The translations under genes and the position numbers were made by a program. Shown piece after piece: positions 1 through 9,714 of a stretch of DNA of 63,586 nucleotides. The notes beneath the pieces are model-generated. The model was not told the origin of the DNA. It made no database searches and saw only the letters and a list, made by a program, of their open reading frames with translations. The stretch comes from Hydrolagus colliei (lineage: Eukaryota). Position 1 is the first letter of the stretch; every line of letters begins with the position of its first letter. The stretch is taken from contig CM068771.1 of assembly GCA_035084275.1 (NCBI GenBank), positions 5,208,415 through 5,272,000 on the forward strand, given 5' to 3'.

Positions 1-660
1 TTCACACACACACACTCACTCACACTCACACTCGCTATATACTCTCACACACTCACTCACACTCATTCTCATACACTACACTCTCACACACTCTCACACT
101 CACTCTCTCTACACTCTCTTTACACACACTCTCACACTATCTCTCTCTCTCTCTCTCTCCCTGACTTGCCTCTTGTGTTATTGCCATCAACAGTTGTGCG
201 TTTGTGACCTTCGAGAAGATGGAGTCAGCGGATCAGGCCATCACTGATGTACACACACCCTCACACACACCCCCAAACACACACACACACCCTCACACAC
301 ACACACACACACCCTCACACACACACTGTCACCCACACCCTCACACACACACTGTCACCCACACCCTCACACACATACATACCAACACACACACACACAC
401 ACACCCTCCCTCACAATACACACAGTACCATGCACACACTCTCTCCCTCCTTCCCCCCCCTCCCCCTCTCCCTCCCTCCCTCCCCCCCTCTCTCCCTCCC
501 TCCCCTCCCCCCCTCTCTCCCTCCCTCCCCCCCCTCTCTCCCTCCCTCCCCCCATCCCTCCCCCCCTCTCTCCCACCCTCCCCCCCTCTCTCCCTCCCTC
601 CCCCCCTCTCTCCTCCCTCTCCCCTCCCTCCCTCCCTCACTCTCTCTCTCTCTCTCTCTG
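1..660. repeat. (CA)n/(CT)n and C-rich low-complexity intronic sequence around the NELFE exons
   Basis: Visible dinucleotide and CCCT repeats; the H/T/P-rich ORFs here are artefacts. Confidence 0.9.
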
Positions 661-1398
661 CCCCACAGTTGAATGGTTCTCTGGTTGGGAGATTTACCTG
701 AAGGTGATGATCGCTCGGAAACAGTTGATGTTGGAAACGGCCACTGGGAAGTCTGTGTGGGGCTCCCTGGGTAAGTGAGAGAAAGAGAGAGGGGGGGGGG
801 GGGGGGGGGCGGAGAGAGGGCGTGTAAGGAGCAGGATTAGGCCATTCAGCCCCTCCAGCCTGTCCCACCATTCAATAGGATCGTGGCCGATCTTCTAATG
901 TCTGCCCGATTTAAACCCATTTAATCCTATTATCCACAACAAGCCCTGTAGCTCAGTGGTTAGAGCCACTCACTCACTCGCTCGCTTGCTCGCTCGCCTG
1001 ACAAGCGCGAACGACCTGGGTTCGAATCCAGGCAGGTCAGGTCGGGGCGAAACCTTTGGGCAGGTATCCTTACTCCACACACAGACACATAGACACACAC
1101 ACTCACATAGACACACTCTCACACACAGACACACACTCACAAACACACATACTCTCACACACGACACACATGCCTGATAATAATTAGTTCGGGAGGGAAC
1201 GAGTGAGTGAGTGAGTGAGTGAACGAGTGAGTGAGGGAACGAGTGAGTGAGTGAGGGAGGGAGGGAGGGAGGGAGGGAGGGAGGGAGCTGAACTTGACAA
1301 TGTTTTTTTTCCCATCTCCAGCCGTCCAGAACAGCGCCAAAGGCTCTCACCGTGACAAGAGAACACAAGTGGTCTATAACGAGGACTTCCTGGGGTGA
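194..1398 (+). CDS. NELFE: Negative elongation factor E (NELF-E/RDBP), last three coding exons (194-248, 669-770, 1322-1398); gene continues left of the window
   Basis: AG/GT-bounded exons translate to CAFVTFEKMESADQAITD | LNGSLVG(E)IYLKVMIARKQLMLETATGKSVWGSL | AVQNSAKGSHRDKRTQVVYNEDFLG*. This matches the RRM and C-terminus of human NELFE (CAFVTYEKMESADQAVAELNGTQV...ARKQPMLDAATGKSVWGSLAVQNSPKGCHRDKRTQIVY). One extra G is needed at about 687-690 to keep frame. Confidence 0.93.
943..1085 (+). mobile_element. tRNA-derived SINE head with an internal microsatellite expansion
   Basis: CCTGTAGCTCAGTGGTTAGAGC (A box) ... GGTTCGAATCCAGGCAGGTCAG (B box); the same head recurs many times in the window. 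Confidence 0.8.
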
Positions 1399-1752
1399 GG
1401 GGGGGTGAGGGTGGGGGTGGGTGAGGGAGGGGAGGTGTGGGGTGAGTGGGGTGGGAGGGGCTGGTTTGCCTCCAGACCCTAAGATCACGGTCCCTCGCGA
1501 CCAGCCTCACCCCCCTGACCCCCACAAACCATCCGCGTTCAATCATCGGGGAGGAAAATACCTTCTGTGCCTCTCGTCTCCCTCACACACACACACAGAC
1601 ACAAGCACACACACACACGCACAGACACACACACACACACACATAGACACACACAAATACACACACGCTTGGAAGCGTACACACGCGTGCCCACTTGCAT
1701 AAACACCCCCCCCACACACACACACACACAGAGAGTTTGTTGTAAATAAGCG

Positions 1753-1758
1753 AATAAA
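1753..1758 (+). terminator. Probable NELFE polyadenylation signal (AATAAA)
   Basis: AATAAA about 355 nt after the NELFE stop codon. Confidence 0.5.
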
Positions 1759-2360
1759 ACCTTGTCCTGTTAATACCCCCCCGACTGATACCCTGTGTCC
1801 AGAATCTTTATTGTCAAACCAATAATAATTCATCAGAGATTTATCAGGAGGAGTGGGGGGGGGGGGGGGGGGGGGGGGGGGGGATAGAGAGGGGTGGGGG
1901 GTGATGGGGGTGGAGTTCGATGGGAAGGTCAGTCATGATGTTATTGAATGGCCAGACTCCTCGCGGGGTGGCGGCGTCTCTCAGCGCTTCGCGGGGACGA
2001 GTGTGAGGAGTGTAGTGACTGTGGTGTAGTGACTGTGTGGGTCGTCCTCCCAGCCCCACATCCATCACATGTCTTATCAATGGGAGCCATGTGTGTGTGA
2101 ACACGCTCCCACCGCGCAGGTCCTCCAGCGCAGGTCCTCCCACTCACCGCCCCCCCCCTCTCCCCTTCCCCTCGCCACCGCACACCCACCGCGCAGGTAC
2201 TCCAGCGCAGGTCCTCCAACTCAGAGCCCAAGCTCACCCGCCTGCCCGCCACTGCGCCGGTCCTCCAGCGCAGGTCCTCCCGCAAAGGGCGCCGCGCAGG
2301 TTCTGCAAAGGAGCATGAGAAGGGAAGTGAAGTCGACTTGAACCGGTGAGTTACAGAGAG

Positions 2361-2728
2361 NNNNNNNNNNNNNNNNNNNNNNNNNNNNNNNNNNNNNNNN
2401 NNNNNNNNNNNNNNNNNNNNNNNNNNNNNNNNNNNNNNNNNNNNNNNNNNNNNNNNNNNNNNNNNNNNNNNNNNNNNNNNNNNNNNNNNNNNNNNNNNNN
2501 NNNNNNNNNNNNNNNNNNNNNNNNNNNNNNNNNNNNNNNNNNNNNNNNNNNNNNNNNNNNNNNNNNNNNNNNNNNNNNNNNNNNNNNNNNNNNNNNNNNN
2601 NNNNNNNNNNNNNNNNNNNNNNNNNNNNNNNNNNNNNNNNNNNNNNNNNNNNNNNNNNNNNNNNNNNNNNNNNNNNNNNNNNNNNNNNNNNNNNNNNNNN
2701 NNNNNNNNNNNNNNNNNNNNNNNNNNNN
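2361..2728. other. Assembly gap (368 N)
   Basis: Run of N. Confidence 1.
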
Positions 2729-2910
2729 GGAGACACACACAAAGACAGACACGGACACAGAGAGAGACACGGTGAGGGAAAGAGAGAGAGACACACACAG
2801 AGAGAGAGAGAGTCACAGAGACGCCCCCTCACCCTCTTGTCTTCATTGTGTCTGCAAACCTTCCTCTTCATCTGCGCCCAGTCACCTCCCCTCCTCTTCA
2901 TCAAGCTCTG

Positions 2911-5340
2911 ACCCTCCCCCTCTCCCTCCCTGCCTCCATCCCCTCCCTCCACTCCCCTCCACCCCCTCTCCCCTCCCTCCTTCCCTCCCCATCCCCTCCC
3001 TCCTTCCCTCCCCCTCTCCCCTCCCTCCTTCCCTCCCTCCATCCCCCTCCCCTCCCTCCCCCTCCATCCCCTCCCCTCCTTCCCTCCCTCCCCTCCCTTC
3101 CATCCCCTCCTTCCCTCTCTCCTCCCTCCCTCATTCCCCCTCTCCCCTCCCTCCCCCTCCATTCCCTCCCTCCATCCCCCTCTCCCTCCCTCTGTCCCCC
3201 TCCATCCCCTTCCCTCCCTCCTTCCCTCCTCCTCTCCCTTCCATCACCTCCTCCCTCCTCTCCTCATCCCTCCTCCCCTCTCTCCCTCCCTCCCTCCCCA
3301 CCCTCCCTCCTTCCTCCATCCCCTCCCTCCCCCTCCCTCCTTCCCCTCCTCCCGTCCCCCTCATTCCCCTCCCTCCCCCTCCTTCCCTCCTCCTCTCCCT
3401 TCCATCACCTCCCTCCCTCCTCTCTCTCCTTTCCTCCCTCCCCTCCCTCCATCCCCTTCCCTCCCCCCCTCTCTCCCCTCCCTCCTTCCCTTCCATCCCC
3501 TCCCTCCCTCCCCCCTCCCCTCTCCCCCCCCTCCCCTCTCCCCTCCCTCCGTCTCTAACCCAGAGTCATTGTCCCCCACAAAACCACAATAAAAACACAC
3601 CATAATATAATTGGTGGCGATTGGCTGCCAATGGCGTTTCTCTCTCTCACTCCCACAAATGTGTGTATATATATATATATACAGTCACTACACTTTACAG
3701 TCTGCTCTGTGAAGCGCTTTAAGACGCGGTCGAGAAGACGTGAAAAGCCGCGATATCAGATGTTGTTATCGTATCTCAATCCTGTCCTCTCTTTCCCCCC
3801 CCCCCCCCCCCATCTCTCCCTCCCCCCTCTCTCCTCTCCCCCATCTCCCTCTCCCCCCCCCATCTGTCTCTCTTCCTCCCATCTCTCCCTCTACCCCCCC
3901 CCATCTCTCTCTCTCCCTCTCCCTCCCCTCTCCCCCATCTCTCCCTCTCCCTCCCCCCTCTCTCCCTCTCCCCCATCTCTCCCTCTCCCCCATCCCCTCT
4001 CTCCCTCCCCCCCTCTCTCCCATCTCTCCCTCTCCCCATCCCCTCTCTCCCTCCCCCCCTCTCTCCCTCTCCCCCATCTCTCCCTCTCCCCCATCCCCTC
4101 TCTCCCTCTCCCCCATCTCTCCCTCTCCCCCATCTCTCTCTCTCCCTCCCCCCCTCTCTCCCTCTCCCCATCTCTCCCCCATCCCCTCTCTCCCTCTCCC
4201 CCATCTCTCCCCCCCCCCCCATCTCTCTCTCTCCCTCTTCCCCCTCTCTCCCTCTCCCCCCCCATCTCTCCCTCCCCCCCCCCATCTCTCTCTCCCCCCC
4301 ATCTCTCCCCTCCCCCCCATCTCTCCCTCTCCCCTCTCTTCCCCCATCTCTCTCTCCTCTCCCCATCTCTCTCTCTCCCTCTCTCCCCCCCCCCCCCCCA
4401 TCTCTTCCTCCTCTCTCCCCCCCATCTCCCTCTCCCATCTCTTCCCCCCCCCCCCCCCCCCCATCTCTCCCTCTCTCCCCCATCTCTCCCTCTTATTAAT
4501 TATTAATACAATCATCGTAAAACCTGACTCTGTGGCTGACAAAGCATCTCGGGGATTGAAATGACCAATTATATGACAGTTTGGGGGATTTTCTTGATGA
4601 GGGTTTACTGGGCTCTCTGCCCCCCCCCTCCCCACACACACAACCCCCCCCACACCCCCCCCACACCCACTGGAACTCCATCCCACAGTCCCTTCGTCTC
4701 GTTCACTCCCTCCCTCCCTCCCTCCCTCGCCTCCTTCAAGGCCGGTCCTCTTTGTCCTTGCCTTCTGCTCCCCTTCCCAACACTCTCCCCCTCCCCTCCC
4801 AACTCTCCCTCTCTCCCCTCCAAACTCTCCCTCCCTCCCCTCCCAACTGTCTCTCTCCCCTCCCAACTCTCCCTCCCTCCCCTCCCAACTCTGCCTCCCT
4901 CCCCTCCCAACTCTCCCTCCCCTCCCAACTCTCCCTCCCTCCCCTCCCAACTGTCTCTCTCCCCTCCCAACTCTCCCTCCCTCCCCTCCCAACTCTGCCT
5001 CCCTCCCCTCCCAACTCTCCCTCCCCTCCCAACTCTCTCCCCCTCCCCTCCCAACTCTCTCTCTCCCCTCCCAACTCTCTCCCCTCCCAAGTCTCTCTCC
5101 CCTCCCAAGTCTCCCTCCCCTCCCAACTCTCTCCCTCCCCTCCCAACTCTCTCCCAACTCTCTCCCTCCCCTCCCAACTCTCTCTCTCCCCTCCTTCTCC
5201 CTCCCTCCCCCCTCCCAACCCTCCCTCCCCCCACCCCAACTCTCCCTCCCCCCCCTCCAAACTCCCTCCCTCCCAACTCCCTCCCTCCCCTCCCAACTCC
5301 CTCCCTCCCCTCCCAACTCTCTCCATCTCCCCTCCCAGTG
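2911..5340. repeat. Three pyrimidine-rich degenerate minisatellites (about 2911-3555, 3790-4490 CCCCATCTCTCCCTCT-like, 4785-5335 CTCCCCTCCCAACT-like) separated by SINE/L2 scraps
   Basis: Visible tandem motifs; the P/S/L and G/E/R ORFs are translations of these repeats. Confidence 0.85.
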
Positions 5341-5480
5341 AGTGAGTGAGTGAGCGAGTGCTCGCTCTAACCACTCGAGCTACAGGTGTTTGTATACTCT
5401 TGTTTTGGCAGAGGCCAGAGGGATTGAGGAGCTGTGTGTCTCTCGCGCGTGTGCGGCCCCCGGTTTCGAGCGAGAGGACG

Positions 5481-6341
5481 ATGGCGGACGGTGACCTGCC
5501 TGTGGTTTCCGGGTGTCCGGGGCCGGAGCCCGACCCCTCTCTCTGGCTCAGTCCGGACGGCAGCTTCGTGAAGACGGTGCTGGAGCCGGGCAGGGGCCTG
5601 GACAAGCCCGGGGTGGGGAGTCGCTGCCGGGTGGAGGTGGAGTGGGAGGAGGGGGGCCCCGAGTGCGGGGAGCTGCCCCTGGCCGGGCCCGGGGAGCTGG
5701 TGTTGGGAGAGGCGGACACCGAGCCGGGGGAGCTGCTGGAGAGCTGCCTGGAGACTATGCTGCCGGGGGAGCGATGCCGGGCCAGGCTGGGGACCGGGGC
5801 CTGCGCCGGCCTGGCCTGCGGCCTGAGGCTCGAGGGCTTCGACCAGCCCGGGGGCAGCTGGCGCCTGAGCTCGGAGGAGAAGTGGGAGCTGGTGGGGAGG
5901 CACCGGGAGGCGGGGAACGAGCTGTACCGGGCCGGCCAGGCCCCCCGCGCCGCCCGGCGTTACGCCAAGGCCCTGCGGCTGCTGGTGACGTTGCGGGGGG
6001 AGCTGACGGCCGGGAGGGGGGAGAGCGAGTACCAGAGGGACAAGGCCAAGCTCCACGCCAACCTGGCCGCCGCTCAGATCAAGGCCGGCCAACACGCCAA
6101 CGCCGTGAGCAACTGCACCAAAGCCTTGGAGGCCGAGCCGGGCTCCGTCAAGTGCCTGTACCGCAGGGGCCTGGCCCTGTCCGCCCTGAGGAGGTTCGGC
6201 CCGGCCAGGGAGGACCTGAGGGAGGCGCTGAGGCTGGAGCCAGGGAACAGCGCCGTGAGGCGCGAACTCAGGGTCGTGAGGGAGAGGCTGCGGTTTGACC
6301 GGCACGAGGAGACCGGGGCCATGAGCAAACTCTTCGCCTGA
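5481..6341 (+). CDS. FKBPL: FK506-binding protein-like (degenerate FKBP domain plus three TPRs), single coding exon, 286 aa
   Basis: ATG at 5481 opens a GC-rich frame containing SPDGSFVKTVLEPGRGLDKPGVGSRCRV, GELLESCLETMLPGE, GNELYRAG, LHANLAAAQ, KCLYRRG and a terminal SKLFA*. All match the human FKBPL layout, which also has one coding exon. AATAAA at 6449-6454. Confidence 0.92.
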   Translation: MADGDLPVVSGCPGPEPDPSLWLSPDGSFVKTVLEPGRGLDKPGVGSRCRVEVEWEEGGPECGELPLAGPGELVLGEADTEPGELLESCLETMLPGERCRARLGTGACAGLACGLRLEGFDQPGGSWRLSSEEKWELVGRHREAGNELYRAGQAPRAARRYAKALRLLVTLRGELTAGRGESEYQRDKAKLHANLAAAQIKAGQHANAVSNCTKALEAEPGSVKCLYRRGLALSALRRFGPAREDLREALRLEPGNSAVRRELRVVRERLRFDRHEETGAMSKLFA

Positions 6342-6620
6342 GAGATTGAACCTGTTGTGCGTGTGGTGGGGGGGGGGGGGGGGGGGGTAACGGGCGAGAA
6401 GTTGATGGGGGTGGGGGTGAAGAGGGGGAGCGCGGACACGTCCGTCGAAATAAAAAGGAGAGAGTTGTCCCGTTTGACCCGGGAAAAATAATCCGGAGCG
6501 AATACCGAAATTTCAGAGTGGTTTCGGCAAATTTCAAAGCAGTTTTTGTGATAAATTTCGGAGCGATTTTTGACAGACCTTGGAGCTGATTTGACAAATT
6601 TCGGGGCAGTTTTGACAAAT

Positions 6621-6912
6621 ATGCGGGAAAAATTCCAAATTTCAGAAATGTTACAAAATTCGAAGGAAAATTTACAAATTTCAAAAAAATTACAAAATTT
6701 GAAGGAAAATTTGCGAACTTCAGAAATGTTTACGAAATTTGCGGGAAAAATTACAAATTTCAGAAATGTTACAAAATTCGACGGAAAATTTACAAATTTC
6801 AAAAGGTTTACAAAATTTGCCGGAAAATTTACAAACTTCAGAAATTTTTACAAAATTTGCCGGAAAATTTACAAATTTCAGAAATTTCACAAAATTAGCG
6901 GGAAAATTTAGG
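6621..6912. repeat. AT-rich tandem repeat, about 8 copies of a 39-40 bp unit (GCCGGAAAATTTACAAATTTCAGAAATGTTACAAAATTT)
   Basis: Units aligned by eye; more degenerate copies extend back to about 6490. Confidence 0.85.
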
Positions 6913-7269
6913 GGAGGACATTTACCAAATTTTGCGGGAGATTGGGGCTGCTGGGAGACGCGTTTTGTCGAAGAACCCGGATTCAGATCGCAGGCATGTC
7001 GACCCTGAACGTATCGTTATGTTTCAAACACTGGAGATGTCAGTGTCAGTGGGATCGATTCCCCGCCGGGCGGAATGTTGGGCAAGTGTCTTTACCCCCA
7101 GAATAATTCATTAAAACAAAAAAAAATCAAGAATAATTTGGGTCACTTCAATCCGCAAAGCTGGCTGTGCGCGATTGGCCGCTGCGTGGTTTCGCCCACA
7201 AACGTACAGTCACTTTGCAGAGAGTCTACTCTGCGAAATGCCAGGAGAGACTTGAATTCAACACAGTTG

Positions 7270-7880
7270 ACTCGCTCTCTGCCTCTCCCCATCTCCGCAC
7301 CATTGCCCGACTCCCCCATTACCTCACCCCCCAAAGCCGCTTCCCAGCTCGCCTGTCCGAATGCCTTGCTGCTCGTTCTTCCCAATTCCTCCCTCCACAG
7401 CTGATCCAGAACTCCGCGGCCAGTGTCCTCTACTGTTCCAAGCTCCATCTCCCCCATCCTCGCCCAACTCCATTGGCTCCCGATCCAATTCAAGATCCTG
7501 GGTCCTCACATTTAAAGTCCTCCACAGCCTCACCCCACCCACCCTGCATCCGTGACCTCCTATCCCCTTACCCTCCCTCCCTCCTCTCAGCAGGCTCTGG
7601 CCTGCTCCACATCCCCTGACCCACCCACGCGCCCCCACCATTGGCAAAAGGGCGAGCCTTCAGCCACTCTGCCTCCACCTCCCCCCCTCCAATCTCTGGA
7701 ACTAAATCCCGTAGTCCCTACCTCCCTCCCTGGCCTCCTTCAAGGCCCATCTCAAAACTCTCCTCTTTGATGGTCCCATCGGCAACTCCGAATTCCCCCC
7801 CTTCCCTCCTCACCCCGTCCCCAGCTCGGGTCTGACTCAGTGGCTGTCCAACGCCTTCGGACATCCTCCTGACGTGAAAG
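7270..7880 (+). mobile_element. L2-type LINE, 5'-truncated 3' fragment
   Basis: Decayed RT C-terminal motifs (HLRTIARL, IQNSAA, LAPDPIQ) followed by the family tail ...GGACATCCTCCTGACGTGAAAGGC. Confidence 0.75.
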
Positions 7881-8435
7881 GCTCTGCCTATACGAGGGCG
7901 ATGTTGTCATCCCCGTTGGAGCTGTGACGCTTCTCACTCCATGTGGCCTCTGGCTCTTTTCCAACCCTCGGTGTCGGTGTGAGGCCTGCTCAAAGGTGGA
8001 TCAACCTGGTCAGGATTAGTCACTACGGAGAGATCGTCCTGGCTGAGCTTCGCTTCAGTCCCGCTGTCGCCCCCTAAGGGACGGGAGGTCCTGTCGGTGG
8101 CCAATTTAGGGTCGCAGCAAAAAAAAGGGTTGGGAACCACCGCCTTGGATAATGTACACATAAACGCTCCGTCCTCGCTTGACGTCGCATTTGTGTTTCT
8201 CGCGAATCGTGCGACTTTTGAGTGAAACGGCGTTAAACGAGCTGCGCCAGAACACCGGACGTTCAGCGGCTATGCGCGCCTACGCCGCGCAAAGCAGTTC
8301 GTTCCCACCCGCTGACAAACGCCACAATAGCAAACGTTGCAACATGAAATGGAAATACATCTCCCTGTGTGCCAGCGACATAATAACAAAACCACGTTGA
8401 CCAAAGCAATGTGAAGCCAGGTCTACCTGCATGTA

Positions 8436-8494
<59 letters not shown>

Positions 8495-8599
8495 CATATC
8501 ACCAGGGATTGCAGAAAGTGTACCAACAAAGTGCTACAAATAGTGTTTAATGTCATCACAGGTTATCAAAATCGATTTTTTTTTACCAAATTCCATATG

Positions 8600-9160
8600 T
8601 GCGGTGCCTTGCACGGAGGGAGGACATCTCCCAAGGCACGGGACGGGACATTCAGGGGTTAGGACCAGAAGGGAGAGCCGGAGAGGGCGAGAATTGGGAC
8701 CGGGAGGACAGAGAGCGTAGGAAGGAGGGTGGCCAAAGGCATAGTCCCAAGAGGAGGATCTTGAGAAGGACGCAGGTACGAGGTCGAGGCGAAGGGATTG
8801 TGGGATGAGCAGAGGCAGCGGGTAAGTTGACAGCTTGGAGAGGTAGAAGGGGGCAAGGCCGTTGAGCATCATAGGCGAGAATGAGGATTTTGAACTGGAT
8901 CCTCTGAGGGAATGGGGAGCCAGCGGAATTGGGTAGAGTGCAGGGTCTGGTGGGGGGAGGGAGAGGACACGAGCAGAAAAGCTCTGGACGACCTGGCGGT
9001 TTGTGGGGGGAAGAGTTCGGAGTTGGGCCGACAAGCAGCAAGTTGGCGTAGTCATGGCATGTACGAGGGAGGTTTGAAGAAGGCATGGGAGGGAATGAGG
9101 CAGAGGGACTGCGGGATGGAAGTACAAGGGCTGGGAGAGGGGGAACGTGGAGCCCGCTGA
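8600..9160 (-). mobile_element. L2-type LINE 3' fragment
   Basis: Minus-strand PQRIQFKIL motif and L2 tail. Confidence 0.7.
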
Positions 9161-9714
9161 GCGGATGGAACGGACAGAAGATCGAGAGGTGATCTAATTG
9201 ATGGTAAAGAGATTCAATTGGGTAGTAGCTACAGAGAAACTATTTCCTTGGTGGGGGAATCCAGAACAAGGTTCTTAAAACTAGAGCCAAGAGATTCAGG
9301 AGTGAAATCACATAAAAGCTAATGGGAATGTGGAACTATCTTCCCCTGTGGGTTATGGCTGGATCCATTCACATTGTGAAGACAGGTTTGTTAAGTTGAC
9401 AGCTTGGAGAGGTAGAAGGGGGCAAGGCCATGGAGGGCAATTGGAGTTGAGGTGAGCCATAGAATGGCAGAACAGGCTCAAGGGGCTGAATGTCCTCCTC
9501 CTGTTCCTTTGTGGAAACGGCCAATCTATGGGAACCTCGTCGAACCCTTGTTTCATCGAACACTTCAATTATTCTACGCGCTGTTGATAAATGTGGAACG
9601 CCCCAACAGATGAAGTGGTGGAGAAGTATTTTGTGGGGTTGGATAACTGGCTTGTTATTCCAACTACGTCAACAACAGTGGTGCAGGCTGACTAACGTTT
9701 GGCACGAATTTTGT

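Noticed and set aside
204-5349. Long Pro/Ser/Leu, Gly/Glu/Arg and His/Thr ORFs
   Set aside because: They derive from CT- and CA-microsatellites; only the short NELFE exon inside ORF 204-701 is real.
5346-5480. 45-aa N-terminal extension of FKBPL from the GTG at 5346
   Set aside because: It begins in a repeat and has no FKBPL similarity; the ATG at 5481 has good context and a possible acceptor lies near 5411.
5367-6305. Overlapping antisense (312 aa) and alternate-frame (261 aa) ORFs in FKBPL
   Set aside because: Expected shadows of a very GC-rich CDS.
6074-7008. F/K/N-rich ORFs of 89-242 aa
   Set aside because: They are translations of the 39-40 bp AT-rich tandem repeat.
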